A stretch of DNA of 64,000 nt, from the sequence record NC_061441.1. One strand, given 5' to 3'. Position 1 is the stretch's first letter. Every line of letters begins with the position of its first letter. Shown one piece after another: positions 45,793 to 55,389 of the stretch. Below the pieces are notes generated by a model that saw nothing but the letters and a program-made list of their open reading frames with translations, had not been told where the DNA came from and did not search any database. A program made the position numbers and the translations under genes.

Positions 45793-46032
45793 TTAAAGCT
45801 GATCAGAGGTAATCTGACCTGCCTTATACAGTTCGCGCTTACGCTCTTTCCATGTGGACGTAAGTTCGGAGAAGAACTCTTTCATGCTGTCATCATCCAG
45901 CTCGAAAGGTTGATTCACTTCGTACTTACTGCACAGGTCGTTGAACGTAGTCGCATATTCCTGCTGTAGGAATGATTTTTCCGCGCTAACACTTAGATAC
46001 TGCTGCGCCGAGAGTGCTACAGATACTTGCAT
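45793..46032 (-). CDS. small conserved hypothetical protein
   Basis: GAGGA RBS; TAATTTAAGC upstream. Confidence 0.7.
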   Translation of the reverse strand: MQVSVALSAQQYLSVSAEKSFLQQEYATTFNDLCSKYEVNQPFELDDDSMKEFFSELTSTWKERKRELYKAGQITSDQL

Positions 46033-46066
46033 GATACCATCCTCTTTGTTTGACTCGCTTAAATTA

Positions 46067-46666
46067 TCAAGCGAATTTCAAAACAAGGTCATTGACGATA
46101 ACAGCTTTCGATTGGTCTGTAGGCGTTGTGTTGTTGGCATACACTTTGCCTCCAACCAATCTCAAGTCTGCGTTGGAGTTTTCGTTACCCACAGAACACA
46201 CAGCAACGAACGACGCAGGCACAACGGTAACACCAGTCTGAACGTTGATTGTGGCGCTTGCTCCACCAATGACGATGCACCAAGTAGGCGTAGCGTCTTT
46301 CGTGAAGTAAGATGCACGGTAGTCAGAGTAGCTGGCACTGATACGCATGTTAAACGCTGAGGCCAACAGCACTGGAACGTTGTTAGCGTTCGTGGTCATT
46401 GCTGCTTTATTGCCAACCACACCGCCGACATAATCAGCCAGACGTGAAGCAGTTAACAGGCCAGGGTTCATGTACGCTGCGTTCGTACCGGTAAGCTGAG
46501 TACCGTCACCAATCAAGCTGTTAAGTTCTGCTTTAGTTGGCATAGTGCCTGTATAAAACAGAATGGCATTCGCAACGGCAGTGAAGTTCGAAGGCGCAGC
46601 AGAGTTCACCAGAGAACTGTATGCGTTACGCTGCATTGCGTTTGCAGTTGCAGGAAGCATTTTCAT
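46067..46666 (-). CDS. virion fibre/decoration paralog, short type
   Basis: LFYTGTMPT...SVGNENSNADLRLVGG module. Confidence 0.65.
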   Translation of the reverse strand: MKMLPATANAMQRNAYSSLVNSAAPSNFTAVANAILFYTGTMPTKAELNSLIGDGTQLTGTNAAYMNPGLLTASRLADYVGGVVGNKAAMTTNANNVPVLLASAFNMRISASYSDYRASYFTKDATPTWCIVIGGASATINVQTGVTVVPASFVAVCSVGNENSNADLRLVGGKVYANNTTPTDQSKAVIVNDLVLKFA

Positions 46667-47577
46667 TACACGCCCTCCAGGAAGTTATCTGCAATACGAA
46701 TCGTCAGATCTGGGATAGCCATCTGACCGTACTGACCGATAGAAGGCGTGCCTACCGTAACGTCAGTGCCAATATCCAGCACAAGACCGTAATAGTCATC
46801 CTGTACTTGAGCGAGATAAGCCTGAGTTGTGGACGGGTTCGGTAGAGTCAGCGGCACCAGTACAACATGCGTCAAGGCAGCAACAACGAAGTCACTGCCT
46901 TTCTCTGCATACGGAGTGAAGTACATATCGTTGGTGGTTGCTGTTCCATTCAGGGTGATACGCAGTTTACGCGCAACAATGTCCAGACCATCATTGATGC
47001 CAGCAACAACGGTGATGCGAGTCCACACAAGCGTCGTAGGATCTTGATACTCCAGACGAACGTTGCCTGCGTTAATGCCAGATACAGACGGCACGAAGAA
47101 CGAACGGAAACGGAGAGTACGCCCGTAGTCATACTCAACAGCATCGTTCGCACTCCAGCCGCTGCCAATATCGCTTGTGATATCAAAAGCTGCACCCACC
47201 ATAGACATAATCTGCTGTGGTGTTTTGTTTATGCCAGAAGTAAGCGTGAAGCGGCTGTACTCTGGATAAACTGCGTAGGTCTGAATGCTCTGGCCCGATG
47301 CAGGGTCGAAGACTTTGCGCCCCTGACCATAGCCACCGATTGGTTGCAAACTACGGCCGCGAGAGTACACACGACATAAAGTGTTGTTTGCATCAGTGGT
47401 TTGTTGCTGATAGCGATACTCTACCGCACAGCGACTCGTCGCAACGAGATCGAGAAATGCTTTAGGCACGCTATTGCTGTTACCGTTGCGGAAGAAGGCC
47501 ATGAAGCCATTCGTGTTCGCGCCAGTACCCGCAGTCTGAGTGAGCTGATATAGCGCCACTTTTTCAGAGACTAACAT
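46666..47577 (-). CDS. virion fibre/decoration paralog, long type
   Basis: Inserted beta-sandwich (EYDYG...RLEYQD...ARKLRI). Confidence 0.65.
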   Translation of the reverse strand: MLVSEKVALYQLTQTAGTGANTNGFMAFFRNGNSNSVPKAFLDLVATSRCAVEYRYQQQTTDANNTLCRVYSRGRSLQPIGGYGQGRKVFDPASGQSIQTYAVYPEYSRFTLTSGINKTPQQIMSMVGAAFDITSDIGSGWSANDAVEYDYGRTLRFRSFFVPSVSGINAGNVRLEYQDPTTLVWTRITVVAGINDGLDIVARKLRITLNGTATTNDMYFTPYAEKGSDFVVAALTHVVLVPLTLPNPSTTQAYLAQVQDDYYGLVLDIGTDVTVGTPSIGQYGQMAIPDLTIRIADNFLEGV

Positions 47578-47586
47578 AGTGCCTCC

Positions 47587-48120
47587 TTAGTATTTGATAC
47601 GCAAGTCAGCGATGCGCAGAGGCTGGTTCATGGCAACAGTACCACCAACAATTTTCAGGTCAGCGTTAGAGTTCTCGTCGCCCACAGTACCAGTGATGAT
47701 GACGTAGGCGTTCGAACCGGTAGTGAAGCCTGCAAACGTATCAGCCGCAGAGGCAGTCTGAGCAAGACGCATCATGAACCACGTAGGAGTACCAGCAGCC
47801 GCAATCGTTGCCAAGTTAGCCTGAGCACTGAGCGGAATTTGCATGATATTGTTATCCATGTCCATAGCGATAGGCACAACGCCACACATCACATCGCCGA
47901 GGAAATTCGCAGCAGTGGCAAACGCACTGATTGCCGATGCAGACCATGGCGCCGTAGTGGAAGCGGTGGTGATCATCGCACTCAACTGAGCGTCGGTCGG
48001 AGGTGTACCAGAAAACAGACCAACGTGAATCGTGTTGACGGCAGTGTTGCTGTTTGGAGGCATACGTTGGTTTAATGCAGCCATAGCCATGAATGAGTTG
48101 TATGCTTTAGATATGCGCAT
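47587..48120 (-). CDS. virion fibre/decoration paralog, short type
   Basis: GLFSGTPPT...GTVGDENSNADLKIVGG. Confidence 0.65.
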   Translation of the reverse strand: MRISKAYNSFMAMAALNQRMPPNSNTAVNTIHVGLFSGTPPTDAQLSAMITTASTTAPWSASAISAFATAANFLGDVMCGVVPIAMDMDNNIMQIPLSAQANLATIAAAGTPTWFMMRLAQTASAADTFAGFTTGSNAYVIITGTVGDENSNADLKIVGGTVAMNQPLRIADLRIKY

Positions 48121-48121
48121 A

Positions 48122-49180
48122 TTAGTATGTCTCCAGTGAAATAGGCGTATAGGACACAGTGAACGAACCGACAGTTTGTTCCTGCCCTGGGTACGCTGTA
48201 GCATCCGCGATCAACAGGTCATAGCTTGAAGCCTGTTTCACATCATCCGTAATTGTCAGACCATAGTGAGGGAACCAACGACCATAGCTGTTCACGTTCA
48301 TCGCCTGTGACATGGCTGGTATGCCATATGCAGTACCGAAACCGTGTGGGAACATGACAACGTGCTGCACTTTGCCTAAGGTGCGAGGCGCGGAGCCTGC
48401 TGCATAGTCACCGTAGAAGTGCAGAGCAAACGTACCAACACCGATGAAGAATGGGTTTGTTGCAGCCTTAGACACAATGCGGAAGCGACGACCCTGAACG
48501 GTTGCAGGAAGCTGATAATACTTCTCAAAGTTACCAGAAGTCTGGAACAGGTTGGTGACTAGATTGGTCACATCCACCCATGAACTACCTTGCTGCACCT
48601 GCAAGAATAGCAAGTTAGCTGATGTATTGGCGAACAGGTTATTGTTCGCTGTAGTCTGTGTGATACTGGTCAGAGCGTTAATGACCACATCGGCACCGAA
48701 GTCGTACTCGGCTAAAGTCCATGAACCTTCAGCGTTCTTGTTCTTAACGGTAGGAACGGAGGCACCTGAATTCGGGGCTGTACATGGCATCTGAATTGCG
48801 GAGGTTGTTGATGCACAACGATGCCACAAAATAGTAGCGAACAGCATGTCCAGTTGATACTGCGCACTTGCGATCCCGGTATCAACAAGGTCTTGATACA
48901 CAGTGCTGTAGCTGGCGAACGTTACTTTAGGCAAAACACGTTTTCCGCGATAGCCCTGAACCGTTGTCCAAGCAGGAGCGGGAGAAGATTGCAGGCTAGT
49001 GGTGTTAGGAACCAGCGAGTGCTGCCCACCGCCAATCTGAGTCTGAATAAACGCACGACCACTGAGCATGTTGTTCAGAACGGTCTGCATGTCGTAGTTC
49101 AAAGGGTTAGGAAGATTCCCTTCCATGAAAGCACCGTACATTACGGTAGGTGTATTTTGATAAATCGGTAGAATTTTCAT
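48122..49180 (-). CDS. virion fibre/decoration paralog, long type with F5/8 (discoidin)-like insert
   Basis: EYDFGADV...LQVQQGSSWVDV...GRRFRIV. Confidence 0.65.
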   Translation of the reverse strand: MKILPIYQNTPTVMYGAFMEGNLPNPLNYDMQTVLNNMLSGRAFIQTQIGGGQHSLVPNTTSLQSSPAPAWTTVQGYRGKRVLPKVTFASYSTVYQDLVDTGIASAQYQLDMLFATILWHRCASTTSAIQMPCTAPNSGASVPTVKNKNAEGSWTLAEYDFGADVVINALTSITQTTANNNLFANTSANLLFLQVQQGSSWVDVTNLVTNLFQTSGNFEKYYQLPATVQGRRFRIVSKAATNPFFIGVGTFALHFYGDYAAGSAPRTLGKVQHVVMFPHGFGTAYGIPAMSQAMNVNSYGRWFPHYGLTITDDVKQASSYDLLIADATAYPGQEQTVGSFTVSYTPISLETY

Positions 49181-49249
49181 ATCATGCCCTTGGTTTAAAG
49201 ACAGTTCAAATTAATGAAGTGACGCCCACACTAGGACGTCACCCAAGAA

Positions 49250-49765
49250 CTACAGTTGGAGCGTCAGGTCGAGGAAGCGGTATGCTTGCCCGCTCTTAAT
49301 CTGTCCACCAATAAACTGGAGTTCTGCATCAGAGCCTTGAGCACCAACAGTGCCTAGCCACACAGGTCCTGTAATACCAGAGCTGTAGTTGAAGCCTGCC
49401 CACGTGGCTGTAGCATTTGCTGGACAGATACGTGCGATGTAGTATGTAGGCGTACCGTCAGCAGCACCAGTAAGTGTACTTGCCATACCACCTAGAGGCA
49501 GTGTGAGAGTGCGAGCCAATGCGTTAGGTTGAGGCGTCATTGCAGAACAAGCAACAGAACCTAAGAAGTCCGCCTGAACGGCACCCAGCGTAGTCAGAAT
49601 GGTCTGGAAGTTCAGACTCGCTGTGCCTGCAATAAGGTCAAGCGCTTTACTCAACTGAGGGCGAGTGCCTTTGAACAGACCGATATGCAGCGTGTTCACT
49701 GCAATAGCCGATGCAGGAAATGCAGCACCTAATGCAACAAGTGATGCAGCTTTATTGTTAATCAT
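49250..49765 (-). CDS. virion fibre/decoration paralog, short type
   Basis: GLFKGTRP...GTVGAQGSDAELQFIGG. Confidence 0.65.
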   Translation of the reverse strand: MINNKAASLVALGAAFPASAIAVNTLHIGLFKGTRPQLSKALDLIAGTASLNFQTILTTLGAVQADFLGSVACSAMTPQPNALARTLTLPLGGMASTLTGAADGTPTYYIARICPANATATWAGFNYSSGITGPVWLGTVGAQGSDAELQFIGGQIKSGQAYRFLDLTLQL

Positions 49766-50841
49766 ACGCCTCTCCCTACTGCTGGCGATAGCTTGGTGCG
49801 GAATGACGGTACATTGATAACGCCGAATGCCGTGTTGTAGCTCGCATCCTGCATGACGATATCATAGTTCGCAGCCTGCTTAATATCATCAGTCACAGTA
49901 ACGTGCAACATAGAACAGTAACGACTTTGGACAAGCGTAGGAACAACTGGTGCATTGAATGCCCAGGTTGTGCTCTGCGAGTAAGCAGCACCTGCCTGCA
50001 ATTGCAGCACCGTCATGTGTTTGAACTTGCCGAGTGTGCGTGGCTTCTGCCCTGTATACGTGGCGTAGAACTGCAAGCCAAACGGATAGTGCCCGAGAGT
50101 AGACCACGGCCATGACGTTGCTTTGTTCACGATACGGAACTTCTGCGCTTTAACCTTAGTAGGAAGTTCATACGTCACTACTTGGTTGTTCGTCACAGTA
50201 CGCAGGTTGTCGTAGGTATGAATCACGTCAACCCATGCGCCGTTCACTTCTGCCTGCAAGTAAGTCTGGTTGGTACCCAGCAGCATCAGACTTGAAACAG
50301 TAGAACCCATAGAATAACCTGCGAGAGCACCGAGTTCGATTTCGGCACCGAAGTCATACTCCGCACACAGATACCAGTTCTCTGCCGTCAGGCTATAGGC
50401 AGGACTCAGGTTGTTCGCAATACCAGACAGGAAGATATCTGACGTATTGTAGATGCGGTGTGCAAGCAAACAGGCAGCAACCGCTTCGAGATACGTGTTA
50501 ACCGTGCTGGCGAAGCGCGGGTCAACTGACGGCAACTTGATCTTAGGAACGATGCGCGTCTTTGTGGAGAACGCAGGGCCGTAACCGTAAGTAGCGCCCG
50601 TGTATTCAATCCATGCAGGAAGAAAGTGCGAAGTATCGAGAGTCGAGATCGCATATGGCGTATACTGCCAACGACCAGGCGCTGTACCTTGCAGTGTGCG
50701 CACAAACAAACGCATAGCAATAGCGTCGTTGATAGCAGAGTGCAAAGTCTTCTCACCGTTTGCAGGAGCGTCCGTGTCATGCAGGAGCCCCAAACAGATT
50801 GCGGAAGACTGGCTCAACACTTGATAAGGAAAGAGTTCCAT
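49762..50841 (-). CDS. virion fibre/decoration paralog, long type with F5/8-like insert
   Basis: EYDFGAEI...LQAEVNGAWVDV...AQKFRIV; start reassigned to MELFPY. Confidence 0.65.
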   Translation of the reverse strand: MELFPYQVLSQSSAICLGLLHDTDAPANGEKTLHSAINDAIAMRLFVRTLQGTAPGRWQYTPYAISTLDTSHFLPAWIEYTGATYGYGPAFSTKTRIVPKIKLPSVDPRFASTVNTYLEAVAACLLAHRIYNTSDIFLSGIANNLSPAYSLTAENWYLCAEYDFGAEIELGALAGYSMGSTVSSLMLLGTNQTYLQAEVNGAWVDVIHTYDNLRTVTNNQVVTYELPTKVKAQKFRIVNKATSWPWSTLGHYPFGLQFYATYTGQKPRTLGKFKHMTVLQLQAGAAYSQSTTWAFNAPVVPTLVQSRYCSMLHVTVTDDIKQAANYDIVMQDASYNTAFGVINVPSFRTKLSPAVGRGV

Positions 50842-50842
50842 G

Positions 50843-51421
50843 TTAGCTCCATGTGATATTGTTGAGACTGATAGTGCCGTTAAGGTTAAACGTGCCATCA
50901 CCGTTATCAGTCAAAGGAGCGCCCATAGCAATCAGGTCCTGAGGCGTTAGCTCAATCACCGACGCAATGGAAACAGTACCAGCAGCAATGGCTGTCGCTG
51001 TAGTGCCGAGCAGAATATACATGCGGTTGAATGCTTTTGCATAGCTGAAACGACCGAGCAGATTCAACGTATCAAACATACGCTTGCCGTTACCCAGATT
51101 GACGATACGGATATTACCTGTAGAGATTGGAGCAGTGTCCATCACACAACCAGGCAGGTTCGCAGTCAAATATGTGCGTAGCGTGTTCAGGCTGAAAACA
51201 GCCAATAGCTGGTTGTTCCAGATCGTGTCCGTGATGATATCGCCGGTGGAGAACACGATAGCAGCCGGGCGTTCGGTACTGATAGTTGTGCCAGCCCCTT
51301 GAAGATTGCCAGCATTAGCGGAAGCCATTGTGCTGGCCATCCACGGTAGCTCAACGCCTGGGTTAGTCGTAGAGCCGAGCGATTCACCACGCATGTTGAG
51401 CATAGCTTTTGAGATATACAT
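50843..51421 (-). CDS. virion fibre/decoration paralog, short type (divergent)
   Basis: MYISKA start similar to MRISKA of the 48120 gene. Confidence 0.55.
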   Translation of the reverse strand: MYISKAMLNMRGESLGSTTNPGVELPWMASTMASANAGNLQGAGTTISTERPAAIVFSTGDIITDTIWNNQLLAVFSLNTLRTYLTANLPGCVMDTAPISTGNIRIVNLGNGKRMFDTLNLLGRFSYAKAFNRMYILLGTTATAIAAGTVSIASVIELTPQDLIAMGAPLTDNGDGTFNLNGTISLNNITWS

Positions 51422-52326
51422 CAGTTGCTCCTCTGAGTGAAACGCAACTTAGGACAGTACATGATCGTCTTCTGTAGCGGGATGATATCGCCTACGATCT
51501 TGAATGGTCCATGAGAACCCACAGCGTCCGCACAGTACATGATCTCATCCGAGTAATCAGTATCACCGTGAGTCAGCGTGTTGCAGTGAGCAAGCGCCGC
51601 CCATGTAGGAACAGTTGTTGGGCTGGACGAAGGCACATCGACAGAGGACAGCAAGATACGCATCATGCTACCGACAGTCGTGCTGGTGGACTTGAAACGA
51701 TACTTCTTGGACGCTCTCGGCGAGGACAGAGCCAACACAGTTGCATCACCAGTAATAGCGGTTGCAGTGCCTAACGTAGTTTCAGTCAGACCGTCATCGG
51801 ATAACGCGACTAACTGGAATCCATCAGACACGGTGCCATTGAACTTCAAGTGCGTCACAGTCATAGGGCTGTCGAACTCAACGTCAACGCTCTGGCCGCC
51901 AAATCGCGCAGCAGGAACCAGCGTACTACCAGAACCTACAACTAACCCGATGCTACGATCAGTGAAGCCTGAACGAGTAATACGATGAGGCAGAAGCTGA
52001 TAAACCACAGTATTAGCGCTGCCAACGGTCCCATAGTATGATGCCCCTTTAGGAATATACTGAGACTGTAAGGCAAGAGTGAGAACGTTCCCAGACTCCA
52101 CACCGCTAATCGGATTACGAATCATACCAATAGAGGTATTATACATGTCAGCGAGTGACTTGTTATTGAAGGCGGCATCAAAGCCTTCTTTCGACGTAGG
52201 CAGTTTGCCACTGAATGCGAAGATGTTCCACCCAGCACCGATATTCGGGTCGTTTACCAGTGCTGCGGTATTCGCGTTAGTGCCCATCATTGCCTGCGCC
52301 ATGATGCGGTTATTAATAATCTTCAT
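51421..52326 (-). CDS. virion fibre/decoration paralog, long type
   Basis: AFSGKLPT; VEFDSP...SKKYRFK insert. Confidence 0.6.
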   Translation of the reverse strand: MKIINNRIMAQAMMGTNANTAALVNDPNIGAGWNIFAFSGKLPTSKEGFDAAFNNKSLADMYNTSIGMIRNPISGVESGNVLTLALQSQYIPKGASYYGTVGSANTVVYQLLPHRITRSGFTDRSIGLVVGSGSTLVPAARFGGQSVDVEFDSPMTVTHLKFNGTVSDGFQLVALSDDGLTETTLGTATAITGDATVLALSSPRASKKYRFKSTSTTVGSMMRILLSSVDVPSSSPTTVPTWAALAHCNTLTHGDTDYSDEIMYCADAVGSHGPFKIVGDIIPLQKTIMYCPKLRFTQRSN

Positions 52327-52781
52327 TAGCTCACCACCGGCACAGCAGATTTGTTGTTCGCTTTAGTGTCAGACAGGTCAAGCGAACCAACAGTTACACG
52401 GAAGACGATGTTATCAAACAGCGGATCAATCGACTGCGTTGTAGCGAACTGGCCGCTAACGAGAGGCACGTCGATACGAGGTGCAGCCAGGTTAGACGTG
52501 AAGCTACGCGCCATAAACTTACTGACTACCTGACCAACAACGAGGCCCACCAGCGCGATTTGATCGATGCTTGAAATTTGAGTGCGTTGAATCCAGGACA
52601 AGCGACCTTGCGTATATGCAACTTGTGCAACGTCCGCAATCTGCTTGGCGTTGATAGCCGAGACAGATTCGTTTGTCACACGCTTCTGGGGCTGCGAGTC
52701 AGAACTAACTTCAATCTGAGACATAACGAACACGAAGTCCGCAAACATGTCCGGGTCATACGTTACGACTGGTACGAACAT
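52326..52781 (-). CDS. putative virion structural protein
   Basis: Within the array; TVGSLDLS C-terminal module. Confidence 0.55.
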   Translation of the reverse strand: MFVPVVTYDPDMFADFVFVMSQIEVSSDSQPQKRVTNESVSAINAKQIADVAQVAYTQGRLSWIQRTQISSIDQIALVGLVVGQVVSKFMARSFTSNLAAPRIDVPLVSGQFATTQSIDPLFDNIVFRVTVGSLDLSDTKANNKSAVPVVS

Positions 52782-52783
52782 GA

Positions 52784-53875
52784 TTAGGCTCCTTGTCTCA
52801 CGCGGTAGTTGTTGATGATTGGCGTGTACGCCACATTGGCCTGTGCTCCGTAACCACCCTGAATGGAAATGCTTGTGGCAACAGGCTTAACGATAGTGTA
52901 GGTGAATTGATCCACCTGCTGATCGTCAATGTACACTGTATGTGTTGACGTTGCTGCATCGTACACATACTTGATATGCACAACACTACCACTCCATAAG
53001 GCTGCGAACGGTGAAATAGGTCGCGTGACTTTTGGAGGAGTACCGCCTCCAGCGGAGTTGTTCCAGATAAGCAGGCCTTTCTCGTTCGAACGGTCAAAGG
53101 CGATTGTCAAACGGTTGGCAGTCGATGCCCAGAGACTGAACAGAGACCATTCAGCATAGTCAGAATTGCCTGACTGATGGTAATCACATTCGATTGTGAA
53201 TGACTTGCTGCAATCGAATCCCGTGGCGGTGGCGGTGGTGACAACCCCGGTCGTTCCAAGATCGAGGCCTGAACCGTCTGCTGCAAGTTTCGTGTTACCC
53301 GTCACGGTAAACGCGTTGCCTACGAGGTCAGTGAATGCGCCTGTGTTAGCCGTGCTTGACGTGATCGCAATAGACTCTGAACCTGTCAGCCAAGTAATGC
53401 CTTCGCTCTCTGTCCACATCCGAGTCAGGCCGATAGTGAATGCGTTGATCGTTACCTGAGTCTTATATCCATTCGGATCGTAGCGGACAACAAGGTCAGG
53501 GTAGAGCAGAGTAACGTCTGGCCCAACCTGTAAGCACACGGGCAAGATGCCACCGAGAATAAGGTGAGTAGGAACGCCTTCGGCAGTAGCGGTCAACTGG
53601 CAATCAGAAATAGACAGCTTAGTGCGATCGATAGTACGAACACAGTTAGTGCCTTTCGCCAGCACTGTGCAGATGCCGCTAGACGCAGCAAGCGCAGCAT
53701 CGAACATGTAACCCGCACCAGTCTGAGGCTGATAATTAAGGCATTTGTTCAGGTCAGCCTCAACGAATCCGCTATTCAGTTTCACCAGATAGCAGGACTT
53801 ATCGTCTGCCGTTGCCTGAGCGAATAGACGCGTCAACTGAGGCACGACAGAGTTTGCAAATAACTTGTAGTTCAT
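52784..53875 (-). CDS. virion protein with C-terminal LamG/concanavalin A-like domain
   Basis: FTIECDY...HIKYVYD...TVYIDDQQV. Confidence 0.6.
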   Translation of the reverse strand: MNYKLFANSVVPQLTRLFAQATADDKSCYLVKLNSGFVEADLNKCLNYQPQTGAGYMFDAALAASSGICTVLAKGTNCVRTIDRTKLSISDCQLTATAEGVPTHLILGGILPVCLQVGPDVTLLYPDLVVRYDPNGYKTQVTINAFTIGLTRMWTESEGITWLTGSESIAITSSTANTGAFTDLVGNAFTVTGNTKLAADGSGLDLGTTGVVTTATATGFDCSKSFTIECDYHQSGNSDYAEWSLFSLWASTANRLTIAFDRSNEKGLLIWNNSAGGGTPPKVTRPISPFAALWSGSVVHIKYVYDAATSTHTVYIDDQQVDQFTYTIVKPVATSISIQGGYGAQANVAYTPIINNYRVRQGA

Positions 53876-53876
53876 G

Positions 53877-54833
53877 TTATACCTCGGTGGACAGACGAAG
53901 CTGGGCGACAGAAGCGAACTCACCAGGACCGAGAGCCGTAGCTAACAGTTCGATTGGCTTGCCGCTACCGATAGCTCCTACTTCACAGGCGAAGTAAGTT
54001 GGCACATAGTTACCGTTTGCCAAAGCACCGTAGTTGGTGTCCTGAATGACAACGATTGCACTGCGCATTGTTTTGTATGCTGCGTTTCTGCCTACGTCGG
54101 AGGCAGTTACAGGAAGCACTCGGCGCGTACCAGAAGTTTGAATGAAACGGAAGCGCTTAGACGACTCGGTAGGAGTGGCCAGCACGTTACCTTCTTGGTT
54201 AGCAGCAAGAGTCCATGCGCGAGCAGTACCGACGACACCAGCACCATCAATAGGGGCAACAGTACCTGCCGCAGCAGAAGTCATATCACCAACGTCAGAC
54301 AGTACAGCGTCGATAGTGACTTCATTATCGAAGGTCAGGTCAGTAGTTGAGAGATGAATACCTGGCATGAGCGCATCGTGAGGAATGCCTGCATAGTCCC
54401 ACGGTCTGTAGCCAGCAGCACCGATACCCCACAGCGCTTTGTTGCCTGCGTCATTACTGGTGTTGTATGCTGTGTTAATCTGAACCGAAGCAGCACCGTT
54501 ATAACCGACAGGAGTTGCTTTAGATGGATAGTGAACAGTCGCGCCGTTCTTAATCTCATATACATGACCAGAACGTGCTTTCCACCCTTCTTGACGATCC
54601 ATAAGAGGCAGCAGACCTTCGGTGGTTGGCCACAGAGTCAAACGAGTAACCGCAACAGCATTGTCGAACAGTTTTCGCATGTCCAGCAGATGCTGAGAGA
54701 AATCGCCTTGATCAGCAATCGCTGTGTCAAAGAAGAACACGTTAACAGTCTGACCGTTTGCTACGTTCGATGCCCAACCAGAGCCTTGGCTGAGTACACT
54801 GAACGGTAGTAAGTTGTGTCCTAAGATACGCAT
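53877..54833 (-). CDS. virion fibre/decoration paralog, long type
   Basis: LTFDNEVTID...SKRFRFI; CEVGAIGSG C-terminal module. Confidence 0.6.
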   Translation of the reverse strand: MRILGHNLLPFSVLSQGSGWASNVANGQTVNVFFFDTAIADQGDFSQHLLDMRKLFDNAVAVTRLTLWPTTEGLLPLMDRQEGWKARSGHVYEIKNGATVHYPSKATPVGYNGAASVQINTAYNTSNDAGNKALWGIGAAGYRPWDYAGIPHDALMPGIHLSTTDLTFDNEVTIDAVLSDVGDMTSAAAGTVAPIDGAGVVGTARAWTLAANQEGNVLATPTESSKRFRFIQTSGTRRVLPVTASDVGRNAAYKTMRSAIVVIQDTNYGALANGNYVPTYFACEVGAIGSGKPIELLATALGPGEFASVAQLRLSTEV

Positions 54834-55330
54834 TAGAACTCCTTAGAATCTTTGACAACGGTAGCGAGGAACTTACCGTTACGCAGGTTAGCTGAGGTCA
54901 GAATCAAGTCTGCACCATAGCCAGCAGCGCCGATAGTTAGAATCAGGAAGCCGCCGTACGGAGTGCTTGCGATATCTTTGTTGAAGACAATCACGTTGTA
55001 CGTGCTCAACAGAGTTGTTATATCACCCGCAAAAGTACCTTGCAGCGTAGCAGCCAGGCGGAACTTGTACTTGTTATCTTGACCATGAATCCAACGCACA
55101 GGGTTTGTGCTAACTGAGGTCAAGTCGAGGACAGCAGTTGCACCAATAGCAGTCTGAACCGTGGTACCGTCAGCAACGACGATGTTTGCAGGGTCAGGTA
55201 CTTTGGCTAAACAGATTGTCTTCTGCATGTTAGACAGGCCGTACTTCAATGGCGGGTCAGAAGCAGGACGTTTTCCCGCATCTGGAATCGTAATGCCATT
55301 GGCAACCAACGGGAAAGAAACTATTTCCAT
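54833..55330 (-). CDS. virion fibre/decoration paralog, short type
   Basis: LTIGAAGYGADLIL module. Confidence 0.6.
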   Translation of the reverse strand: MEIVSFPLVANGITIPDAGKRPASDPPLKYGLSNMQKTICLAKVPDPANIVVADGTTVQTAIGATAVLDLTSVSTNPVRWIHGQDNKYKFRLAATLQGTFAGDITTLLSTYNVIVFNKDIASTPYGGFLILTIGAAGYGADLILTSANLRNGKFLATVVKDSKEF

Positions 55331-55389
55331 TATGATATCTCCAGGTTGTTTCGAGAATAAATTACTGACAACAAAGGTTCACGTAGGAC

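Noticed and set aside
49219-49240. Weak hairpin between fibre genes (similar one near 59603-59632)
   Set aside because: Imperfect stems without a clear U-tract; too weak to call as terminators
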